Positions 35,653 through 42,147 of a DNA stretch of 42,147 bases are shown here, in pieces. Below the pieces are notes generated by a model, which was not told the origin of the DNA, ran no database searches, and saw only the letters and a program-made list of their open reading frames with translations. The stretch's first letter is position 1. The number at the start of each line of letters is the position of its first letter. The DNA is from Candidatus Xenobia bacterium (GTDB lineage: Bacteria > Vulcanimicrobiota > Xenobia > Xenobiales > QWHO01). The DNA lies in contig BTUM01000069.1 of NCBI GenBank assembly GCA_045863235.1, positions 1-42,147 of the forward strand, in the 5' to 3' direction. Position numbers and translations under genes: made by a program.

Positions 35653-37010
35653 TCCTGCCGCTGAGCCAGATCCCCCGCCTGGACATGCACGAATGGAGAG
35701 GCGCCTGCAGGCAGGGCCGGCTGGCCTCCCTGACCTTCTGGCAGGGCGAGCTGCTGGCGGTGCTGTGCCGTCCCGAGGGACTGGTCGTGCGGGCCACCCG
35801 GGTGGAGCAAGAGTACCCCGCCCTTACCAGCGACCTGCCCTCGGCCCAGGCCCTGGAGCGAGCCCTCTTCGAAGAGCACGGCCTGCGAGCGGTGGGCCAC
35901 CCATGGCTCAAGCCGCTGCGCCGGCTGCGCGAGGGGGATCAGTTCTACCGCGTGCGCGGCCCCCAGGTGCACGAGGTGGCGGTGGGACCGGTGCACGCCG
36001 GCGTCATCGAGCCTGGCCACTTTCGTTTTCAGTGCAACGGCGAGCACGTGCTGCACCTTGAGATCGCGCTGGGCTACCAGCACCGCGGGGTGGAGCGGGC
36101 GATGGTGGGGGGGCCTGCTCGGCGCAGCATCCACTATGCCGAGACGGCCGCCGGCGATTCGAGCATCGCCCACGCCACCTGCTACAGCGAGCTGTGCGAG
36201 GAGCTGGCCGGGGTGCAGGCGACGTCGCGGGCCAGGGCGGTGCGCATGGTGGCCCTCGAGCTCGAGCGCCTGGCCAACCACGTGGGCGACCTGGGGGCGC
36301 TGGCCGGAGACGTGGCCTTCCTGCCCACCGCCTCGTGGTGCGGGCGCTTGCGCGGAGCCTACCTGAACCTGACGGCCGAGCTGTGCGGCAACCGCTTCGG
36401 GCGAGGTCTGGTGCGACCGGGCGGAGTCCGCTCCGATTTCGAGCTGCCCCCCCTGGATGAGCTCCGCCGCGATACAGCCGGAGCGGTGGAGCTGATGCTG
36501 GACAATTCGTGGGTGCGGGCTCGCTTCGAGGACACCGGCCGGTTGAGTCCCGAAACGGCCCGGGAGCTGGGCCTGGTGGGTCCGGCGGCGCGGGCCTGCG
36601 GCCTGGCCCTGGACGTGCGCCACGAGCTGCCCCAGGAGGATCTGCCCCGACCGGCGCTCTGCACCGCCGAGGGCGGGGACGTGATGGCCCGAGCCCTGGT
36701 GCGCTGGCGGGAGGTGCAGGCCTCGCTCGACTTCCTGCAACAGCTCTCTCTGCCCGAAGGGGAGCTCTGGCGGGAGGTCGGGGCGCTGGCCCCCTCCCAC
36801 CTGGCGGTCTCGCTGGTGGAGGGCTGGCGCGGGGCCGTCTGCCACCTGGCTGTGACCGATGACGAGGGGCGCTTCGGGCGCTACCAGATCGTCGATCCCA
36901 GCCTGTTCAACTGGCCAGGGCTGGCGCTGGCCATGCGCGGCCAGGAGATCTCCGACTTCCCGCTCTGCAACAAGAGCTTCAATCTGAGCTACTGTGGGCA
37001 CGATCTTTGA
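35649..37010 (+). CDS. HyfG/HycE-like large subunit lacking NiFe-binding CxxC motifs (Ehr type)
   Basis: GPVHAGVIEPGHFRF, YQHRGVE, ELERLANH, VEGWRG; ends DFPLCNKSFNLSYCGHDL. Confidence 0.88.
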   Translation: MILPLSQIPRLDMHEWRGACRQGRLASLTFWQGELLAVLCRPEGLVVRATRVEQEYPALTSDLPSAQALERALFEEHGLRAVGHPWLKPLRRLREGDQFYRVRGPQVHEVAVGPVHAGVIEPGHFRFQCNGEHVLHLEIALGYQHRGVERAMVGGPARRSIHYAETAAGDSSIAHATCYSELCEELAGVQATSRARAVRMVALELERLANHVGDLGALAGDVAFLPTASWCGRLRGAYLNLTAELCGNRFGRGLVRPGGVRSDFELPPLDELRRDTAGAVELMLDNSWVRARFEDTGRLSPETARELGLVGPAARACGLALDVRHELPQEDLPRPALCTAEGGDVMARALVRWREVQASLDFLQQLSLPEGELWREVGALAPSHLAVSLVEGWRGAVCHLAVTDDEGRFGRYQIVDPSLFNWPGLALAMRGQEISDFPLCNKSFNLSYCGHDL

Positions 37011-37753
37011 TGCTGAAGATTCTTACCGAACGACTTCGCCAGGGCCACCGGACCCTGGCCGACAAGGCTCCGCCCTCGCTGCCCTCGGGCTACCAGGGCC
37101 TGCCGGTGCTCTCTTCCGAGCACTGTCAGGAGGGCTGCAAGTCGTGCGCTGAGGTCTGCCCCACCGGCGCCGTCAGCCCCGGGCCGCAGCTCGACCTGGG
37201 TGCCTGCCTCTTCTGCGGCGAGTGCGCCCGGGCGTGCCCCTCGGGAGCCATCGCCTTCGGAAATGACCATCGCATGGCGGTACGCTCGCGATCCGACCTC
37301 GTGCTCACCGGACAGGAGCTCAAGCTGGCCGAGGCCCTCGAGGCCCGCTCGCGCAAGCTGTTCGGACGCTCTTTGAAGCTGCGCCAGGTCAGCGCCGGCG
37401 GCTGCAACGCTTGCGAGGCCGAGATCAACGTGCTCTCCACGGTGGTCTTCGACCTGGGCCGGTTCGGGGTGCAGGTGGTGGCCTCGCCGCGTCACGCCGA
37501 TGGGCTGATCGTCACCGGACCGGTCAGCCAGAACATGCGCGAGGCCTTGCTCAAGACCTACCAGGCGGTGCCCGAGCCTCGCCTGGTGATCGCGGTGGGC
37601 GCCTGCGCCGTCGCGGGCGGGCCCTATCGCGATCACCCGGAGGTGGAGAACGGCCTGGGCGGGATCCTCCCCGTCGACCTCTCCATCCCCGGCTGCCCTC
37701 CCCACCCGCTGACCATCCTCGATGGCCTGCTGCGTCTGCTGGGCAGGCTTTGA
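37007..37753 (+). CDS. Ferredoxin (2x[4Fe-4S]) / NuoB-like small-subunit fusion (HyfH-HyfI-like)
   Basis: CQEGCKSCAEVCP, CLFCGECARACP; GGCNACE, SPRHAD, GAC, GCPP. Confidence 0.88.
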   Translation: MMLKILTERLRQGHRTLADKAPPSLPSGYQGLPVLSSEHCQEGCKSCAEVCPTGAVSPGPQLDLGACLFCGECARACPSGAIAFGNDHRMAVRSRSDLVLTGQELKLAEALEARSRKLFGRSLKLRQVSAGGCNACEAEINVLSTVVFDLGRFGVQVVASPRHADGLIVTGPVSQNMREALLKTYQAVPEPRLVIAVGACAVAGGPYRDHPEVENGLGGILPVDLSIPGCPPHPLTILDGLLRLLGRL

Positions 37754-37777
37754 GCCGGATAGCCGGAAGGCTGAGCG

Positions 37778-38902
37778 ATGCTGGAATCGGTCTTTGCCTC
37801 GCCCCGCGTGCAGGCTCTCTTCCCCCGCCTCGACGAGCTGGCCCGCGACTTTGCCTCGCGCGCAGCCGAGCACGACCGTGAGGGGAGTTGCCCGGGGGAG
37901 AACTTTCCCCCGCTGATCCAGGCGGGGATTCCCGCCCTGAGCGTACCCGAGCGGTTGGGAGGGCAGGGCTACGACCTGGTGGAGACGCTCTTCGTGGTGG
38001 AGCGATTGGCCCGGGGCTGTCCGTCCACGGCCCTGATCCTGGCCATGACCCTGCACCTGGTCGGGGGCGCGGCCGACGCCGAGGTCTGGCCCGAGCCGGT
38101 CTACGCCGCGCTCTGCGAATCGGTGCTGCAGGGGGCTCTGATCAACTCAGTGGCCTCCGAGCCCGAGCTGGGCAGCCCCTCGCGGGGTGGGCTGCCCTGC
38201 ACTCAGGCCGAGCAGGTGGACGGGGCCTGGAGGTTGACCGGGCGTAAGACCTTCGCCACCGGAGCCCCGGTGCTGACCCACTTCCTGGTGCAGGCGCGCA
38301 TCCAGGACGAGATCGGCGAGTTTCTGGTTCTTTCGAGCGACCCGGGCCTTCGCATCGACCCCACCTGGGACACGCTGGGAATGCGCGCCACGGCCAGCCA
38401 CGACCTGGTGCTGGAAGGGGCGGTGGGATCGCTGATGCGCCGCTTCACCGGGGATCGCTTCAAGCGCAGCCCGCGCCCCTGGTTCTACCTCAGCGTGGCG
38501 GCCGTCTACCTGGGGCTGGCCGCATGTTGCGCGCGCGAGGCGGCCGCCTACGCTTGCTCGCGCCGCCCCACCAATCTGGGCGGCAAGTCCATCGCCGAGC
38601 TGGAGAGCGTGCGCGCGCTGATGGGCCAGCTCGAGGCCGAGCGGCTGCAGGCGGGCAGCCTGCTCTACACGGTGGCGCGTGCGGCCTGTGATCCCCTGCT
38701 GGGGCCCGAGGTGGGCCTGGCCAAGGTGCGCGCCACCGAAGCCGCTCTGCAGGCCGCCCAGCTGGCGGCGCGCATCGTGGGGGGAGCGGCGCTGGACCGT
38801 CGGCTCCCCTTCGAGCGATTGCTGCGCGATGCCCAGGCGGGTCCTTTCCACCCGCCCAACCCGGCCCAGGCGCTGGACGCGCTGGCGTTCATCAATCGTT
38901 AA
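37778..38902 (+). CDS. Acyl-CoA dehydrogenase family flavoprotein
   Basis: VPERLGGQG, SEPELGSPSRGG, LTGRKTFATG, WDTLGMRATASHD, ERLLRDA. Confidence 0.85.
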   Translation: MLESVFASPRVQALFPRLDELARDFASRAAEHDREGSCPGENFPPLIQAGIPALSVPERLGGQGYDLVETLFVVERLARGCPSTALILAMTLHLVGGAADAEVWPEPVYAALCESVLQGALINSVASEPELGSPSRGGLPCTQAEQVDGAWRLTGRKTFATGAPVLTHFLVQARIQDEIGEFLVLSSDPGLRIDPTWDTLGMRATASHDLVLEGAVGSLMRRFTGDRFKRSPRPWFYLSVAAVYLGLAACCAREAAAYACSRRPTNLGGKSIAELESVRALMGQLEAERLQAGSLLYTVARAACDPLLGPEVGLAKVRATEAALQAAQLAARIVGGAALDRRLPFERLLRDAQAGPFHPPNPAQALDALAFINR

Positions 38903-39004
38903 GCTCCCGGCAAGACTCTGGCAACGAATCGGCTTCACCCGGTTCACATGCCTGCCTCACCTGCCTGCGCATGCGCGGGGCAATTGCGTGGATCAGGGCC
39001 CCGA

Positions 39005-40675
39005 TCAACCGCGCGGGGCGTTAGCGTCGCTGGCGCGCACCTTGACCCGCACGCCGCCGACGATGATGGCGTCTTCCTTCTGCACGATGGCCACGGGCTC
39101 GGCCTTGCCGGTGACGGCCTCGGCCAGCTTGCGAATGTGAGCGGCGTCGTCGTCGGCGCCCTGGATGGAGGCGAAGGCCTCGCGCAGGGCCGCCACCCGC
39201 TCGCGCGAGCTGTCGCCTGCCTGCATGGCCCGATCGAGGCGGTCGCGGGCGCCGCTGTAGCGGCCAGCCAGCACCTTCGCCATGGCCCGTCCGGCCTCGG
39301 CGGCTTCCTCGGAGTAGTTTGACGTGGGGATCGCCTCCAGCATGCGCAGAGCCACCTGGGCCAGGGGCGGGGAATCAGGACTGCTCATGACCTCCAGCGC
39401 GACGCCGGCGATCATGCGTTGAGGCAGTTGATAGCTCGACGTTTCCATAGCCCGCACCGCCATGTCGGCCACGGGGTCGGCGCGCAGCCGCTTGAGTGCG
39501 GCCAGGGCGGCGGCCGCCGCCTCCTCGCCGTAGTTACTGGTGGGGATGGCTTGCACGGCCAGGCGGGCTGCTTCCACGGGCGTGCCGCCCCGGGCGGCGG
39601 TCTCCAGCACCTTGTCCGCGATCATGCGCTGAGGTAGCTGGTAGCTGCTGGTGCTGATCATCGCCAGCGCCAGCTCGGCCAGCTCCTTCGTCTCGGGATG
39701 AGCCTTCAGCGATTTGAGCAAGCTCTGGCCCGCAGCGGCCGCTTCCTCGCCGTAGTTGCTGGCGGGCACGGCCCGCACCATGGCCAGGGCCAGCCCGGCC
39801 AACTCTTGAGGCTTCTCGACGCTGGCGTTCTCCAGAGCCGCCTCTACCAGGATGCGACGCGGGAGGGCGTAGCCGCTGGTACCGGCGGCGGCCAGACCCA
39901 TGGCCAGGGCGGGACGACCGGCCTGCAGGCTGCGGGCGAACTCCTCCCCCGCCAGGGCGCGCTCCTCGGCATAGTTATTGGTGGGGATCTGATCCAGCGC
40001 CTTCAGAGCCAGGGCCACCGGGTCGCCGCTGGGCTCGGCCAGGAAGGTCTCCATGATGGCCCCCCGAGGGAGGGCGTAGCTCGAGGTGCCGGCCGCCGCC
40101 AGGGCCAATCGGGCGTTGGGATCGTCCTTGAGCAGCTCCAGGGTCTTGCGGGCCACTTCGACCCGCTCTTCCTTCCAGTTGGAGACGGGAAGCGCGGTGG
40201 CGATGCTCAGGCCGAGTGCCGCCAGGGGGACCCCGGGCGCGGCCGCCAGGGCCTGCTCGCAGGCGGTCCAGCGCACCTTCGCGTAGCTGCTGGTGGAGGC
40301 CAGCTTGAGCCCTTCGGCCCAGGGGCCGGGGGCTCCATGCTTCTTCAGATGGGTGAGCGCGGCCTCGCCCAGGCTGGCTCGATCGTCCTCGTGGCGGGCC
40401 TCGCGGCAGAGCTCCAGGGCGATTCCGGCCAGGCCGCTCTGACTCTGGGCCACCTGCATGGCCGCCGCCCGGCCCTCCAGCCGCGCTGCCAGGTGGTCGT
40501 CGGCCTGCCGGGTCAGGGCGCGGCAGAGCGACTCCACGGTCGGGTCGGCGAAGGTCAGCTGAACCGACTCGGCGGGCTCGGGGGGCGGCGTTGGGGGCGG
40601 CGTCGAGGGCTGGTAGACAGGCTCACGCTCGGGCGCGCCCGTGATCAAGCCCCACAGCCGACTGGCGATGCTCAT
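39005..40675 (-). CDS. Ala-rich helical repeat protein (five ~70-aa repeats) with C-terminal VGGV motif
   Basis: Repeats TSSY.LP ... IP.SNY.EE; Pro-rich N-terminus; C-terminal AIVQKEDAIIVGGVRVKVR. Confidence 0.8.
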   Translation of the reverse strand: MSIASRLWGLITGAPEREPVYQPSTPPPTPPPEPAESVQLTFADPTVESLCRALTRQADDHLAARLEGRAAAMQVAQSQSGLAGIALELCREARHEDDRASLGEAALTHLKKHGAPGPWAEGLKLASTSSYAKVRWTACEQALAAAPGVPLAALGLSIATALPVSNWKEERVEVARKTLELLKDDPNARLALAAAGTSSYALPRGAIMETFLAEPSGDPVALALKALDQIPTNNYAEERALAGEEFARSLQAGRPALAMGLAAAGTSGYALPRRILVEAALENASVEKPQELAGLALAMVRAVPASNYGEEAAAAGQSLLKSLKAHPETKELAELALAMISTSSYQLPQRMIADKVLETAARGGTPVEAARLAVQAIPTSNYGEEAAAAALAALKRLRADPVADMAVRAMETSSYQLPQRMIAGVALEVMSSPDSPPLAQVALRMLEAIPTSNYSEEAAEAGRAMAKVLAGRYSGARDRLDRAMQAGDSSRERVAALREAFASIQGADDDAAHIRKLAEAVTGKAEPVAIVQKEDAIIVGGVRVKVRASDANAPRG

Positions 40676-40794
40676 CACCGCGAGTTTATCGGATTGCTCT
40701 GACCAAAGCCTGAAAAGCATGGTCGGGCGTTCTTTGTCCAGATAGACACAGGAAGAGACACCAACGCCCAGAACATGCTGGCTTCATCTATAGA

Positions 40795-41424
40795 ATGGAG
40801 AACTCAAAAGTGTTCGCGAAACGGATGCTCATCGCCCTGGCCCTGGTCCTGCTCACGGGCCTGGCCCAGGCCGAGCCGGGTAAACCGAACATTCTCATCA
40901 TCTGGGGGGATGACATCGGATATTGCAGCGTCAGTGCCTACAACCAGGGCATGATGGGCTACCGGACGCCCAACATCGACAGCATCGCCCGCGAGGGCGT
41001 GATGTTCACCGACTGGTACGGTCAACAAAGTTGCACTGCGGGACGCGCCTGCTTCATCACCGGCCAGGTCGGCTTCCGCACCGGCCTGCTCAAGGTCGGT
41101 CTGCCCGGCGCCCCGGAAGGCCTTCAGGCACGCGACGTGACCATCGCCCAGTTGCTCAAGGCGCAGGGCTACAAGACGGGACAGTTCGGGAAGAACCATC
41201 TCGGAGACCGGGACGAGCATCTGCCCACCGCTCACGGGTTCGACGAGTTCTTCGGCTCGCTCTACCATCTCAATGCCGAGGACGAGCCGGAGCATCCGGA
41301 CTATTTCAAGGACCCCCAGATGCGCAAGAAGTTTGTGGCCACGTTCCGAGAATTTCCGCCCAGCCAGAAGCCCGGCAGTTGCAGCCTGGACAAGGTCATG
41401 GAATCGCTGCAGGGACCTCCGTAG
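40795..41424 (+). pseudogene. Arylsulfatase with large in-frame internal deletion
   Basis: Signal peptide, [20 protein letters not shown] (CxxxR), GKNHLG, HGFDEF; then jumps to family-type C-terminus [16 protein letters not shown]; only 209 aa. Confidence 0.75.
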
Positions 41425-42107
41425 TGAGAAATGCGCTCCGTCTTGCAGCCCTGGGACTCTGGCTGGCGGTCGTGGCCCTGGGAGCTCCCGGGCAGGCCGA
41501 GGACCATGCAGTCCTACCTCCAGACCAGGTTCTGAGCCGACTGCTGGAGGGAAACCAGCGGTTTGTGAGCGATACCAGCAAGCATCCGCACATGACCCAC
41601 CAGTGGCGAGATCGGCTTACCAGAGAGCAACATCCGGTGGCCGTTATCGTGGGCTGCGCGGACTCGCGCGTGCCGGTGGAGCTCGTCTTCGACCAGGGCT
41701 TCGGTGACCTATTCGTGGTCCGCGTGGCCGGCAACATCGTGGACGAAAGCGTCGCTGCCAGCGTGGTCTACGGGGTGCTCCACGCCGGCGCGTCGCTGGT
41801 GCTGGTCCTGGGCCACGAGCAATGCGGAGCGGTGACCTCGGCTCTGGGGGATTACAGGGCCGAGCCTCTAAGTGTGCAGAGCCTGCTCAAACAGATCGTG
41901 CCCGCCCTGGTCGGGATCGGGCCTGGCCCCCTGGAGCAACGCGTTCAGCTGGGCGTGGAAGCCAACGCACACCAGACCGTGCGCGAATTGAGCGGGCTGG
42001 GGGCCCTGCAGGAGCCCCTCAAGACGGGGCGCGTCCGGATCGTCGGGGGCGTCTACCGCCTCGAAACCGGGCGGGTCGAGTTGCTCGAGAGTGAGAGCAA
42101 ACCCTGA
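41424..42107 (+). CDS. Beta-class carbonic anhydrase with signal peptide
   Basis: LLEGNQRF, GCADSRV, RVAGN, GHEQCGAV; GTG start overlaps sulfatase TAG. Confidence 0.9.
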   Translation: MRNALRLAALGLWLAVVALGAPGQAEDHAVLPPDQVLSRLLEGNQRFVSDTSKHPHMTHQWRDRLTREQHPVAVIVGCADSRVPVELVFDQGFGDLFVVRVAGNIVDESVAASVVYGVLHAGASLVLVLGHEQCGAVTSALGDYRAEPLSVQSLLKQIVPALVGIGPGPLEQRVQLGVEANAHQTVRELSGLGALQEPLKTGRVRIVGGVYRLETGRVELLESESKP

Positions 42108-42130
42108 CCGGGTAGAACAATGTCGGGCAG

Positions 42131-42147
42131 GGCCCCGCGTCGGGGCC
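42131..42147 (+). terminator. GC hairpin after carbonic anhydrase (at window edge)
   Basis: GGCCCCG-CGT-CGGGGCC. Confidence 0.35.

Noticed and set aside
35649..37010. Functional [NiFe]-hydrogenase / formate hydrogenlyase
   Set aside because: Both CxxC nickel-binding motifs are missing; no maturases or fdhF in the window
38903..39004. TTCACC/TTCACA/CTCACC repeats between convergent genes
   Set aside because: Resembles the phased motif but is upstream of no gene and irregularly spaced; insufficient support

Overview
GC-rich, gene-dense bacterial chromosomal window with no rRNA, tRNA, CRISPR array or recognisable mobile element. Recognisable content: an amine/amino-acid catabolic operon (aldehyde dehydrogenase, two class-III aminotransferases, CoA-transferase A/B), an Era-like GTPase-DUF697 protein, two zinc metallopeptidases, a DUF885 protein, an oleB-oleC-oleD cluster without oleA, cysK-cysE, trxC, a GH64-like beta-1,3-glucanase lipoprotein, a Hyf-like (Ehr-type, no NiFe ligands) membrane complex headed by an Xis-HTH/PTS-EIIA regulator, an acyl-CoA dehydrogenase, an internally deleted arylsulfatase and a beta-carbonic anhydrase. 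Best finding: an unannotated leaderless poly-Cys 35-aa uORF upstream of cysK-cysE with a complete trp-like attenuator layout (protector, antiterminator, intrinsic terminator). Second theme (inference): orphan proteins without Sec signals, two sharing a C-terminal AI.Q.....[IV]GGV.[IV]K.R motif, and a stand-alone 86-aa filament-subunit-like gene with phased upstream repeats, together suggesting an undescribed secretion/effector regulon. Also: two CTG start codons in CTGA stop/start overlaps and a candidate operator-controlled ~85-nt sRNA. The protein style suggests Ca. Eremiobacterota/Vulcanimicrobiota, but this is an unverified impression. All family calls come from motif recognition by eye, not database searches.
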